From the human T2T-CHM13v2.0 reference genome, Homo sapiens, in the NCBI RefSeq assembly GCF_009914755.1, contig NC_060929.1: a DNA stretch of 64,000 bases; one strand, 5' to 3'. This document shows, in pieces, positions 1-13,479 of the stretch (the first letter of the stretch is position 1; each line of letters begins with the position of its first letter). Both the position numbers and the translations under genes were made by a program. Below the pieces are notes generated by a model. The model did no database searches. It was not told where the DNA came from and saw only the letters and a list, made by a program, of their open reading frames with translations.

Positions 1-609
1 TTAGATTCACAAGAGGTTATATAGCACCTGATCCAACTTCAGACAGGAACTGGAGCAGTGGTTGCCATGGACTGGGAGTGAAGAGAAGGAATGAAATGCA
101 AAGAGGCATACATAAACCTTTTGAGATTAAAGTATTCCATGTCTTGTTTGTTGCCATGATTACACATTATGCACATTTGTCAAAAGTCATTGACTGTACC
201 ACTAAAAAGGCTGACTTTTACTGTTCAAACCTTTGTCTAATTGGTTTTGGATTTTTGTTTCCTCAATATTGAATATTTTAATGTTCAATTAACCTGACAT
301 GCCAAAAATCGCCTGAGAGAAAGGCAATTTTCTCCTACTACTTTTCTCCTACTCTAGCTTCATGTTATTTTCTGTTTTTGTTTTATACATTTAATTAGAT
401 TTTGTTTTATGCATTTGATTATTCTTTGGGATTTTCTTACCTTGAGAGCATAAACTACTATTGAGAAATATGATTCAAAATAAAATAAGAATGTTCAGAC
501 AAAAAGTAGGGTAAAAATTGACATGAAATTCCTCCAATTCAAATGTAAATGTAAATTTTATAAACATTTATCTTCATATATACACTAGGTGGAGCCATTT
601 GCTTAAGCT

Positions 610-925
610 AGTTGTAGGAAAATTGACAGTGTATGTTTAATTTTGTAAGAACCTCCAAACTTGTTTTCCAAAGTAGCTGTCCCATTTTGCATTCCCATCA
701 GCAACATATAAAAGTTCAATTGCTTCATATCCTTATTGTCACTTGGCCACCCATTTATTTTAGTCACTCTAATAGCTGTATAGTAGTATCTCATTATAAA
801 TTTAATTTAGATTTCCTTAATGAGTAATAATGTCAAGTATCTTTTCACATGCTTATTTGCTTGCTTTATATCTTCTTTGCTGAAATGTTTATTCAAATCT
901 TTCACCCAATGTTTATTGGTTTGTT
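610..925 (-). mobile_element. Old LINE-1 (L1M) ORF2 3' fragment
   Basis: Minus-strand translation WVKDLNKHFSKEDIKQANKHVKR resembles the L1 ORF2p C-terminal region; decayed. Confidence 0.8.
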
Positions 926-944
926 TGTTTGTTTTAATGCCTTG

Positions 945-2200
945 CAATTCTTTGCTGAAAACTGGAAATTTCAGATAATATATTGTAGAAACTCCAAGTT
1001 CTGGTTTCCCACTTCCCAGGCTTGTCATTTTCATTTATTTGTTTATTTGTTAGAGACTGGCTAGATTATTTTAGTGAAGTCTATTCCCTATGCCCACTCC
1101 CCCGCCCTTCAACACACACACAAAGTGTTAAGTCTCTGTTGATGCTTCTCAGTGAAGCACAGATATGCCTACAGTTACCCTATGATGTGACATAATGACA
1201 GTGGTATTTGTAGGGTTTTTCTTCCTTTCTTTCCCTAACCATACTCATTAATGTTAAACTCCATTAATTGCCAGCTGGTTGTTCTATTACTTTCAACAAT
1301 GTCCTAAGGCAGAAATTTCCCTGCAAATTAATTCAACCAAACTGTGGCTTTTAGGAAAAAAATAGATTTTGAGGTCAGTGTTTGATATTTGTCCTGACCT
1401 ATGAGGACTCCTCCCAATGGTCTCATTCTCTGATTCTCTCCTACAAACCTGCTAGCCTACAGTCTAAGATGCATTGTCATTAAATCCAAGAATCTCCTCC
1501 CAAATGCCTTTCACCACAATCTCCACTATTATTGAGAGTATTCTTAAGCTTGAACTTCTCCACGCTGTGTTGCAGTGAAGTCAATTCCTTTGAGATGAGA
1601 TTAGAAACTGTTTTATGGCCTGATTCTTCTCCCAGGTGAACTTGCTGAGCTGGACTCAGGAACTGGGTGTGGGAACAATGGAAAGCTTTTCTCTGCATGA
1701 CCACCCTACTCTAGGGGCTGTGCATTCAGTGATGGGAGGGGAGGAAACAGCCAGAGATCCTCTCAGCTTGCCTGTCCTGTCACGGAACCACTGCCTCATG
1801 AACCTATGGGAAGTGCATTCAGGACCCCAGTATTTTCAGTACTCCATCTCTCATTAGCAATCACCTGAAATTTAGCCTCAGCAACGGATAGCTAGGGCAG
1901 AATGAGAAGTGTGGAAGACCTCCAGGGACTGAAGCTGCAGCAGCCTCATGTTCTTGACTACAGCAGTTTGGAGTAGAGTCTCTACCTTGTTGAACTGGTA
2001 AGGCAGAACGAAAAGGCAGACTTGGTTCAAATATCACAGACTCTCACCTTTCATACCAATCTTTCATAGATTTTCTTGAATAGATGTTTTTGAATTTGCG
2101 GTTTGTACTTAGGGCCATTTCCAGAAGCTTTGAATGGTTGTTTTAAAATACTTTTCACCAGTTCCACTGAGGAATGAGTCAGGGGATCTACTGACAATGT
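945..2200 (-). mobile_element. Old LINE-1 (L1M) 5'-region fragment
   Basis: Resembles recalled ancient L1M 5' UTR/ORF1-start consensus (e.g. GGCTAGATTATTTTAGTGAAGTCTATTCCC); boundaries approximate. Confidence 0.55.
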
Positions 2201-2238
2201 CATGGCACAGATTGATTGACTCAAACTGTTTGTTCTTT

Positions 2239-2290
2239 TTCTATGTCTGTGGTTCAATTAACATTTCTATGTCTGTGGTTCAATTAACAT
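2239..2290. repeat. Perfect 26-bp tandem duplication
   Basis: TTCTATGTCTGTGGTTCAATTAACAT at 2239-2264 and 2265-2290. Confidence 0.95.
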
Positions 2291-2294
2291 CAGT

Positions 2295-2520
2295 CTATGC
2301 TGATGTTGAGCATAGACTATGTGCCAGTACCCAGTGCCATAGGTATAATATCCCTGCTCTTGAAGAGCAAATGATCTAGTGAAAGATACAAATAAATAAT
2401 TACAACTCTAAATGATAAAAGCTGGAATTGAAAAGTATATAAAGTACAATGGAAGCCCAAAGGAGTATTTGACAGCTTTGAGGATGGAGGTGGAAACAAC
2501 ATGGAAGATCCCATGAAAAG
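2295..2520 (-). mobile_element. L2 3' fragment
   Basis: GTTGAGCATAGACTATGTGCCAG...CCCTGCTCTTGAAGAGC...CTAGTG matches the antisense L2 3' end. Confidence 0.6.
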
Positions 2521-2987
2521 TATTAGAATCAAAGGATAACCTGGGTAAGCTTCAGCTCTGCTAGACCCACTGTCCTTTAAAACCGTTTTAAATAAAAACA
2601 GTTAATGTAATTGTAATATCAGATAACAATATTGTTATAGACAATTGAATTTTTTAATCTTTATGAAATAAAAGCATCTGAGACTTTATCTATAATATGT
2701 AATCCAAGGATATCACATTAAGCAAATACAATTTCAAGTCAGGGTCCCCAGCTTTCCCACTTCTGCTAATTCCAGTTGTACCCTTGAGCCCTTTTTATAT
2801 AGAAATCTAAAGTCTCCAAAATTTGTGGAAGAGAGGGTACAGTTCTGTATTATCATGGTAGCCTCTAAGAACAAAGGAATAGGTGGCAGGTTCACTTACT
2901 TTCTAACATAGCACTGTTAAATTAGTTTATCCATGGACAGTCTCTGTTCTTATTTCTCTGTTCCCATAAATATATCCCCTATTCCAG

Positions 2988-3104
2988 AATCAGCTACAAA
3001 ACATAAAATACATCTCAAAAAGAAAGAAAAAAACCCACAAGGTTTGGCAAAAGAAAGAAGAAAAATAAAACTGAGTCCTCTGTCTTGCCTCATCGCCTGG
3101 ACTG
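2988..3104 (+). other. Candidate internal exon (possible lncRNA)
   Basis: Pyrimidine-rich acceptor ...CCCCTATTCCAG| at 2987 and donor CTG|GTATGT after 3104 (alternative TAT|GTGAGT after 3108); non-repeat sequence; prediction only. Confidence 0.25.
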
Positions 3105-3515
3105 GTATGTGAGTTTCTTATTCTGATGTAGGTGGAAAGGCCCATTGGCTTAGCCTAATTCATAAACAGCCTCCATTGGGCTGGACCAGTGTTGAGCAAA
3201 AACATTCAAAATATCATGACTTTGGCTAAAGAGCTTGGAGCAATTGAGATGGTGTCTGGAAAGTCATAAGAGCTGGTGCATGCCTGGGATGCAGCATATA
3301 ACCTGCTTTTTACCTATGAAATGGAGCTTATTCATTCTACCTTTAAAGGGTCTTACATACCTGCAATATTCTACTTGAACAAACTATGTGTACATCTATG
3401 ACCAGTGGTTTTATTATTATGACTATGACTCCTCCAGCTTAGTACAGCTATCCTGTTCTTTCTTTTGTTACTTTGGCCAAAGTATAGTCATGGACATTAA
3501 CAACCTCTATCTGAT

Positions 3516-4175
3516 AGTGATAGTTAATTTTATGTGTTAACTTTGCTGGGCTAAGGGATGTCCAGATAGCTGGTAAAACATTATTTCCGGGTGTGTCTGT
3601 GAGGGTGTTTCTGAACGAGGTTAGCATTTGAATATGGACACTGAACAAATAAGATTGCCCTTACCAGGGTGAGTGGGCATGATCTAATCTGTTGAGGGCC
3701 TGAATAGAACAAAAAAGGCAGAAGAAGGGCGAATTTGCTCTCTCTGCCTTGTGCTGGGATATCCATCTTCTCCTGTCCTCAGACATCTGTGTTCCTTGTT
3801 CTCAGGTCTTTGGACTCAAGCCAGGACTGACACCACCATCAACCCCTTCTCTGCTACACAGGACTTCTGACTCAGACTAAATTACATTGTCAGCTTTCCT
3901 GTTTCTCCAGCTTCAATATGGCATGTTATAGGATACCTCAGCCTCCATAATTATGTAAGCCAATTCCTATAATAAATCTCCTTATATAAATATACATGTA
4001 TATATATGTGGGTGTATATATATGTCAATATATTAGTCAGGGTTCTCCAGAGCAACAGAGCTAATAGGATATATGGATACCTATTTTTTCATACATGAAA
4101 ATATGTATTTTATTTCAAAATATGTATCCATATATCCTATTGGCTCTATTGCTCTGAAGAACCCTGACTAATACA
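3516..4175 (+). mobile_element. MLT2-family (ERVL) solo LTR with an internal inverted copy of its 3' end
   Basis: Starts GTGATAGTTAATTTTATGTGTTAAC...GGGCTAAGGGATGTCCAGATAGCTGGTAAAAC, has the TA-rich tract, ends GAACCCTGACTAATACA. Confidence 0.9.
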
Positions 4176-5212
4176 CTGACACAGACAATATTATAAATAC
4201 GATTGCATTCAGACACTTGATCTTTGACTCAGGCATCTCGAGTGGTAATAATGACATATTATCACCATGAGGATTAATGATGGATTTTCTTCACCATGTA
4301 CACGTTTGAATATAGGCTGACTGGAAATGAGTCAGAATGATGGAGGAGAATGAAGTTGTAGAGTTTCCATAGCATATTAGATTTTTTTTCCTTATTGAGA
4401 TATCATCATAGATCATAATTCGCTTGAGATTAAGTGACTGACTCTATATAGTCTTGTCAGAAAGAACTGAACAAATGTCAGCCTCTCTTCTAGTGAAGTC
4501 TCTCTTTGTCTCATAGGACTTGCAATAATGCTATTGTTGTAGTATCTTTTTTGAATTATGTCAGAGTCACTGAAATCTCTTGGCACCAGGTTCTGAAAAA
4601 GACATGTTGAACAGTGAGAAATGGAGGAGCGGTGTGATTAATTGTCAAGAGAGAGAAGCACAGAAGCATAACTCTTCTTCCTGACAGATGCTCCAGCTGA
4701 TTACATACAGTCAAGTAACAGAGTTGTTACAGATATTTGGCCAACTGTTTTAGGTACCATCTGCTCATTTTCCCCCAGAAGAGTAACCCCTTTTCAAAGG
4801 TTAAAGGGAAAGTTAAAAAGCCTGTTTAGACACTTCACAAATTTTCACCAATTTCCAGAATTGTGAGTCACTTAAATGAAATGCAAAGAAAAATTAACAT
4901 CATAAGGGCAAGGGCCATCAGATTTGAGCTGGACAGAAAAAAAAAAGATTACAAAGCAAATAAATACAGCTTGTCATTATTTCTTTTGTACTTTCTTTCT
5001 GCAGACTGAGTCAACCAGAATCCATATCATAAGCTGGACATTTATGTTACCCATAGGAATTCCTGTTATGCATCCTCTTATGTTTGAATGAAATAGATAA
5101 GGCAAGTTTGGGAAAGGGGTGGTGGATAAGAAAAGAAGTATTTGCAGAGAATCCATAGGTGTATCCAAAAGAAAACTCAGCAGAGAAGGCACCACTGTTT
5201 TTTCTTCAAAAC

Positions 5213-5922
5213 TGTAATTACCTAGTCAGTTCTCCTTGCCCACTGCACAGATAAAACCAGTTCACTGAGACAGCAAGATTGCAGTAAAGAGATTTTAATA
5301 ATCCCAGGGTTAGCCAAATGAAAGGATGGGACTAATTACACAAATCAGCCTCCCTGAATACTTTGAGACTAGGGTTTTTCAAGGACAGTTGGTAGGCAGG
5401 GGACTAGGGAATGAGGAACTCTGATTGGTTGTATTGGGGATGCAATCATAGGTTGTCAAAGCTGTCTTCTTGCACTAAGGTGGTTCCTGGGTAGGGGCCA
5501 CATGACCAGATAAGCCAGTTTCTTGGTATGGGTTCCTGGTTCAGGTGGGGCCAGCTGGCCCATCAGAGTACAGGGCCTGGAAACTACGAGTCTTAGGTTT
5601 TACAATAATGATGTTATCTATAGAAGTAAGTGAGGAGGTAACACATCTTGTGACCTCTGGCTACATGACTCCTGAAGCATAAATTTAACCTTCTGGCTAA
5701 TTTGTTAGTTTTAGAAAGTGGTTTTGGTCCCTGAGCAAGGATGGGGCTGGCTTTGGGAAGGAGCTCTTATTATCTTTGTTTTAAAGTTACACTATCAACT
5801 AAGTTCCTCGAATAGTTAACTTGGCCTATACCCAGGAATGTACTAGGGCAGCTTGGAAGATATAAGCAAGATGGAGTAAGTGAGGTTCGATTTCTGTTAC
5901 AATTTTTGCAAAGGAAGTTTCA
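5213..5922 (-). mobile_element. LTR8-like (ERV1) solo LTR
   Basis: TG...CA termini; the reverse complement begins TGAAACTTCCTTTGCAAAAATTGTAAC...CTCCATCTTGCTT as in LTR8A/B; flanks AAAC/ATAC are a near 4-bp TSD. Confidence 0.85.
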
Positions 5923-5989
5923 ATACCACCTAGGAGCTAAAAGGTACATTTTCCATTTGCTATGGATTTTAAGCCTGAAAGCATCTGAG

Positions 5990-6110
5990 GAAGTGTAGTG
6001 TGGTAGTTAAACATTGATGTCAGGTAGATTCACATGCAAATCCCAATTCAGCCACTTACCAGCACTTTATGTAATCTTGGCCAAATTGCAAATCTACATC
6101 TCATCTTCTT
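5990..6110 (+). mobile_element. MIR fragment
   Basis: GTGTAGTGTGGTAGTTAA...CAAATCCCAATTCAGCCACTTACCAGC...ATCTTGGCCAAATT resembles the MIR 5' half. Confidence 0.6.
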
Positions 6111-6319
6111 CGCATTATTGAAAGGGCCTCCAGAATATTCATATCAAACAACACCATGGATGATCTAGTCATAGAGAACTCCATATAAATTGTGCCTCCT
6201 TCAGTTAATAATGTGACTAGCCCTGTGCTTGATATACAGTGAGATTAAAAACGGCAGTTGTTAAATAGTCAATGTTCCAGCCTCTGCTGTAAACAAAAAT
6301 GAGGAAGTTCTACAAATGT

Positions 6320-6580
6320 TAGTGTAGCATAGGGGTAAAAACATGAGTGATAGAGCCAGACTACAAGTATTCTAATATTGAGTTGTGTGCTTACTATCAT
6401 GTGACCATGGGCAGTTTATTTTACTCTTGGTGCTTGAGTTTCTTCATTAGTGAAAGGGGGATAATAATAGTCCTTACTTTTGAGGGCTGTTGTAAGCATT
6501 AACTAAGTTAATACATATAAAACAATGGGAACAAAATCTGGTACATAGAAAACAATAAATGTGTTAGCTATAATTATTTA
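6320..6580 (+). mobile_element. MIR (near full length)
   Basis: Core TGTGACCATGGGCAGTT...AGTTTCTTCATTAGTGAAAGGGGGATAATAATAGT and tail TGGTACATAGAAAACAATAAATGTGTTAGCTAT. Confidence 0.85.
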
Positions 6581-6964
6581 TAGGTTATGTGAAAAGCTAT
6601 TCTAAATGTGTTGTTAAGGTGAAAAAGCAAAGTGCTGCATACCTGAAACAAATAGGGGAATTTCACATATTTTTACTTACACATATATAAAATTTTCTTG
6701 CAAGAATTGCTAAGAAACTAATAACATTAATTACCTAGCTGGAGGGGAATTGAGTAGAAGGCGGAGAGAGAGTTTTCACTGTAGGACTCTTCATGCTTTT
6801 TGAATTTTGAGCCTTCTAAATGTATTAACTGTTCAGCAATTAAATTTTAAAATATAGCTAATATTATTATTACAATCAAATTGATATCACTTACCTTATT
6901 GCTATTATTATCCTAATCAAATATTGGGTAGCAATTATCATATACCATAATACACAATGTATTC

Positions 6965-7817
<853 letters not shown>

Positions 7818-8659
7818 TATTACACAAAGGAGATATTGGATGTCTCATTCAAGAGCATTTATTTGGACACAGCAGACACATACAAGCCTGCAACACAAGA
7901 AAATACACCATGAAAGTTGTATGTAGACCACATGTTGGGGTGGGTGGAGGGGATGGCAGTGGGATAAGTAGAAGGACAGAGTGACCATTCTTGTTTGCAC
8001 TCTCAGTAAAGGCTTGAAGGAAGCATTACCTTTCAAAAACATTCCAGGTAGAAGAAATGTTATGATTTGATGACATAAGATGGTATATGATTGGGAAACA
8101 TCAAGAACTGTAAGGCATAAAAGAACACAGAATATGACTAATGCTGGAGTTTGGAAGTAAGTAGCTTTATTCATGTTTCAACTAAGAGTATTTTCTGCTA
8201 GGTGGAATAAATAAATGTGTGGGTGTCTGCACACACACGTGGAAGTGTGTTTAGCTAGGAATATATATTGAATGTGAAAGGTAATTATGCAGCAGAAAGG
8301 AGAAACTTTATTAAAAATAACCACATTGATTGATCAACCCTACAATTGTAACTTTCAAACATCTATGTAAATAGAGTAGCAATTAATAATTGTTATCTTC
8401 TCACAGAAGTATAGAAGTCTGAGGCCTTTAGAAAATGAGTTTGTAATTTCAGTTTACAAAGCCTGAATCAATTTAATTGTAGAGCATAGATATTATTCTA
8501 ATGTTTTCTTGGAACTGTCTCCATTAGGATCTTCTGTGAAGTTTCCTCCACATATATGAAGCAAAAAGCCAGCTCTAGTCCTTCTCATTTGTATTCTATT
8601 AAACAAGTCCTTGAGCCAAAAATTACAAAGGATTTGAATTTAACAAACCTTTTCTTAGT

Positions 8660-8800
8660 ATCTACAATGGGCTGAGTTTTCACAAACATCATTTTTTAAC
8701 CCTTACAATACTGTGAAGACATATTTTAATTGCTACTTTACAAATAGGCAGATTGTTTTAGAGATTTATGATCTGGCAGATCAGGGATCAGAATTCAGGT
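8660..8800 (-). mobile_element. Degenerate MIR fragment
   Basis: TTTAACCCTTACAATACTGTGAAG...TACTTTACAAATAGG resembles antisense MIR core. Confidence 0.45.
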
Positions 8801-8806
8801 AAGGTT

Positions 8807-8808
<2 letters not shown>

Positions 8809-8880
<72 letters not shown>
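8809..8880. repeat. (TG)32(CG)4 microsatellite
   Basis: Read directly: TG repeat 8809-8872 followed by CGCGCGCG. Confidence 0.98.
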
Positions 8881-8882
<2 letters not shown>

Positions 8883-9088
8883 TCCGCATGCATATATGTA
8901 GGTGGGGGGGCAGAATGAAGAAAAACAAGGGCCAAATCAATGAAATTTTCACTACTGCAATATTTCCTCAGGATAGAATTCTAAGTATGTTGTTCTAGGG
9001 AGTGCAAGAAGATGTACAGGCATCTACATATTTCCCTTAGTTAAGATTACAATTTGCCTTTGCCAATTTATCTTCCATTTTTTTTCCG

Positions 9089-9856
9089 TGTCATTTATCA
9101 AATTACTGCTTCTCAGATCCAAATATATTCCTTATGATCTGCTCTGTGACAATGGAGTGAATCTATTTAAGCAATTCTCCTTTTCAGTAACTACAATGTT
9201 ATGTTTTTTTCAGTAGAGAGGGCTGGAAGGACATTACGGAAAAAAAGAGCTTCTCGTTCTATTGCTTATGTGGCCTGTTTTTTCCTTCTTGTCCCTACAC
9301 TGGCAGCCAGAGGAGTATGGGTGGGGATATGCAGTGGACATTCTACTACTGGCCCAGAGCATGCGACCACTTGGTGCAGTCTCAGTCCCAAGTCCAGTCT
9401 GGTAACTGCTTTGCTGCAGCGCTCCATACACAGGCATCACACATCTGCTGACTCTAACATCTCAGCTGCTCTGTGCACCCGCTCTGCAGTGTCGGCTCAC
9501 CTGCACCCCCTACTGCCTTGAGACTGTAGGCCAGCTTTGGCCATTCAACCCCCAAGAACTTCTCTGTCATCTAGTGGGCTACAACCACACCTTCTCTAAC
9601 GAGGTCTGAATCCCAGACACGAGCAGAGGCCACCCTTCCAAGTTTATTTCTTTCTTATACTCTTTCTTAACCCTAGGATAGGCTTCAGGGTTCTCCTGAC
9701 ATCTTAATAGTTAGTTCCCTATTAAGTTATAATTAATAGTTATGAGTTATAATTAATAATTATAGTTAAAATTTATAGTTAATTCTTATATTAAACTTTT
9801 CTTCTTCAAATTATTGTGTGGCTTCTGTCTATCTCCTCTTGGACTCTGATCTAATC
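9089..9856 (+). mobile_element. LTR41-like (ERVL) LTR
   Basis: TTCTCAGATCCAAAT...CTGCTCTGTGACAATGGAG...CAGTAGAGAGGGCTGG near the start; TTCAAATTATTGTGTGGCTTCTGTC...GGACTCTGA near the end. Confidence 0.7.
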
Positions 9857-10355
9857 TCTTTGTTATTTTTCAAATAAAGCATATTAGACTATGCCATCTA
9901 GCCTTCTTAAAGTAGGATTTTAATGTGACTTTCCTCACTACTAAGAAAATTGAGTTTGGAAGGAAGCAGGAAAGGAGACAGCTAAGGATAATTACCTTTA
10001 TTTGACTAATATAAAAGTCGAGCAGTTAAAGGTGATTTGGTTCTGGTCTGGGCCTGTGTCTACTAAGAAGAATTCTAGCTCAACAAAACACTCCTCTCCA
10101 GAGATTGCACATTCTTTTCAGTCAAAATTGAAATATATTTTGTCCAGAGGAAATACTAAGAAAATCATTTTAGAAAATACCAGTTTCAAGGTTTCTGGGG
10201 AGAACTGGATATAAAAATCATTTTGTAGGTTTCTTATTCCACCTGAAGATTTTTAGCAAGCACTTAGGAATAAAGTCTTATACACTATTGTTAATACAAA
10301 TTAATAATTTAACAAAAATTTGAAATATATTTTATATCTTAAGAAAAATTGCATT

Positions 10356-10730
10356 TGTATGGACTAAATGTTTGTGCTCTGCCCCAAAATTCATACAGTA
10401 AAGCCCTATCCCCAAAAGTGATGGTATTAGGAGGTGAGACCTTTGAGAAGTAATTAGGTTTAGATAAGGTCATGAAGGTGGAACCCCCTGATGGGATTAG
10501 TGCCCCTATAATAAAAGGAGGAGATACCAGAGCTTCCCCTCTCAGCCATGTAATGATACAACAAAAAGGCTACCACTTTGCAAGCCAGGAAGAGGGTTTC
10601 ACCAAGACCCAAATTTGCTAGTGTCTTGATCTTGGACTTCCCAGGCTCCAGAACTGTGACAAATAAATGTCTCTTGTTTAAGACACCAGTCTATGGGATT
10701 TTGTTATAGCAGCCCAAGCTGACTAAGACA
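10356..10730 (+). mobile_element. MLT1A-type MaLR solo LTR
   Basis: TGTATGGACTAAATGTTTGTG...GACTAAGACA; perfect 5-bp TSD GCATT (10351-10355 and 10731-10735). Confidence 0.92.
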
Positions 10731-10799
10731 GCATTGTGTCTTAACAAAATGCAACTGATGATTTAATCGTATTGCACTATTTATTTTCAGTTCTCAGAA

Positions 10800-11115
10800 T
10801 GGTCCATGTTCTCTCAACCCAAGCGCTCTGCAAATGCTGGGCCCTTGACCTGAGACATCTTTCCTTTCAATATCCCCATTCTTCTTCTGGGCAACTGTGT
10901 ATATTATTCATATCTCAGCTTATATATTATTTCCTTCAGGAAATCTTCTCTCTGATTGCATTCCCCCTCTCCCAGCCCCTAACACACAAACATAAGATTA
11001 TACTGAATTTCCTTTTTATATGCTCCAGTCCTTCAATACAGTATAAACTACCTGAGGGCAAGAATATTATCTTGTTCAACATGTTTACCACATAATAGGA
11101 TATCAACAAATATTC
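10800..11115 (+). mobile_element. L2 fragment
   Basis: ACAGTATAAACTACCTGAGGGCAAGAAT...ACATAATAGGATATCAACAAATATT resembles the L2 3' end. Confidence 0.55.
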
Positions 11116-12789
11116 TATTCTTTTACTACTCTTAGCTTTTTTGAAAAAAAAAAAAACCCTCATCTAGAGTCTCAGCCAGTTGTTCTCACAAAAAGTTGCT
11201 CTCAACATTAAAGAAAGGTAACAAAATTCGCAGATAAGATCGGTCTCAAACTCATTTTTCACAACCTGTGAAAGATGATGAGGTATTTGGAAAAGACAAA
11301 CACTTGCCAAATCATAGCTATGAGTGGTGATCTCAAAAATTAAATAAAAGTACTCACAAAGGCATTTTTGGATCATTTGCAGATAATCTTTTGGAAAGCA
11401 TTTTTGTTCGTTCTGTGAAGTTAAGTAAATCTCACAAATGAGGAATCTTGGCAGAGTCAGACTGTGAGCTTTTACACTTGTTCTATGATATTTAGGACAG
11501 AATAAGGAATCCTTCTAGAAGCATCATTGCCTCTGTAAACTTTAAACACATTTTCTCGAGCCAATATTTACCTTTTGGCAGCTAAGTATGAGAGATTCAG
11601 CTTCTGGAATTTCTGTCCAATCTTGAATGATGTTGATAGAGTGAGCATTTTATGAGAACCTCACTAATGGTTTTATCTAGAAGGTAGCATTCCTTTAAAA
11701 TATTCTAATTTAACTTATCTCTTTAATTGTTCAGATCATCGATAAAAATGTATTTGTTTTGTTAGCTGAGAGGAAGAAAAATTATTGCAAGCTTCAGAGT
11801 ATAATGATGCAAACAGCTCCAACTATTCAGTGTGTGGGAGTTTGTTTCTTGGAATTAACAAGAGGGGTTATGAAGTATGACTGCAGGAAGAGAATGTTGC
11901 TCTTTGGAATAGTTCAATATTCTAGAGCAAGAATTAGCTATTTAAGCCAATAACATTCAAAGTATTCTAAATAGCTGCCAAATTATGAAATACATGAAAC
12001 AGTGTGGAAGAGACCCAGAAACTGGTCCTCAAATCACTTAACAATATTTTTCTAAGCTGTGTCACAAACAGATGGGCACAAAAATGTGTTCTGTTTTCCC
12101 ATTCATAGTTGTTCTAGAAAAGAAACACTTTCTTAATATAGAGGCATTTACAGCTGGTGTTACACTTCAGATGTTAACCATCTCTGTTTTTCATCATCAG
12201 CTACAGCATAATATGCATATTCATACCTGCCATTAAGGCAGTAATACTAAGGGTAGTCAGAGCTAAACTGTCTCAGTCCTTTAGGAGCTTAAGACAGCCA
12301 ATGAACATATGTAATATGCATAGAATCTAGCCAGTTATGCATTTATTAAAGTACAAGAGCCAAACTTTGCTTATAGGCTAAAGAACCAGTGTCACATCAC
12401 AAACCTTTCAACTCAGTGTGAAAAGTGATTATGATAATATGTATAATATGTATCAATAAGGTGCACAGATGCCTAATGCTCACCATCTTTTGGTAGGTGT
12501 AAATGAGCCAAGAAGTGACTGGGAATGATATGTAAGTGTGTTCATCGGGTCACAGAGCTTTCAGACATTCAAAACTGGACGTAGATTAACAACCCAAGAA
12601 AATGCAGCCAGAAGGAGAAAATGGTATCTATAAAGTGCATAAGGAACAGTGAAAGCATTCACACAAACATATCCTAAAAAGGAAGTGTTGGTTAAATTGT
12701 GCAATTGTCCAGAAGAGTGTTTTGGAAGATAGATTACAATGCCTTGTATCATCTGATATAAGGGTACTCATGTATTAACATAAAACATA

Positions 12790-13238
12790 TCACCTGCTTC
12801 CAGTGCATCTCCTACATTGCTCCACTCAGCTACATTTCTGTTTTTTACTTTCTACCCCTTTTTGCTTGAGGAAAGGGATGGCTGTTGTTCCTGTACTATG
12901 CCTCCCTTATAGCTTTCGCATTAGCTGTTTCCCCCATCTAATTTCACATACCTGACTTCTTATCATGCACATCTCAGGTTAATTATTTCTTCCTCAACCA
13001 GCATTCACCTTCAACAAGTTTCCTTGACACTCCACCCTATTTTATTTTATGTTCTGGCATTTTTGTCTATGTGCATGCCTGCTCACTTATATGTTGTTCC
13101 TTTTCCACCTCCTATCAGTAGAAAGTGAGCCCCATGAAAGTAAAATTCTTCTCACTCTTGCTCATTGCTAACTTCCCAGCATATAAAGCAATTCCTACCA
13201 CACAGTAGGCACTCAATAAATAGTTGTTGAATTTATGA
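12790..13238 (+). mobile_element. L2 3' end
   Basis: TAGAAAGTGAGCCCCATGAAAG...CACAGTAGGCACTCAATAAATAGTTGTTGAAT is the diagnostic L2 terminus. Confidence 0.75.
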
Positions 13239-13479
13239 TTCTTTTTCATATATTCTTTCTTTACGAAGAAAAAGTAAGAAAATTAATGACAAGCTTAGTG
13301 CTTTCAAAAAGCAGTATGTAACATAATCTTATACCTGATATTAATTACTTGAAATTTTGGGGTAAGTAGAAGGAGTTAAAGAAATAAATACAATCTAGCA
13401 AATCTTTATCTGAATCAAGTCTCCAGAATATTAAAACCAGAAGATACAGAAATACATCTCTTAAGAATTAACTCCAGTA

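Noticed and set aside
8768-8998. VCVCVC and YIYIYI ORFs (also 33300-33697)
   Set aside because: Translations of microsatellites.
9205-9230. CTCF site in the LTR41-like element
   Set aside because: TCAGTAGAGAGGGCTG departs from the core at key positions; probably decayed.
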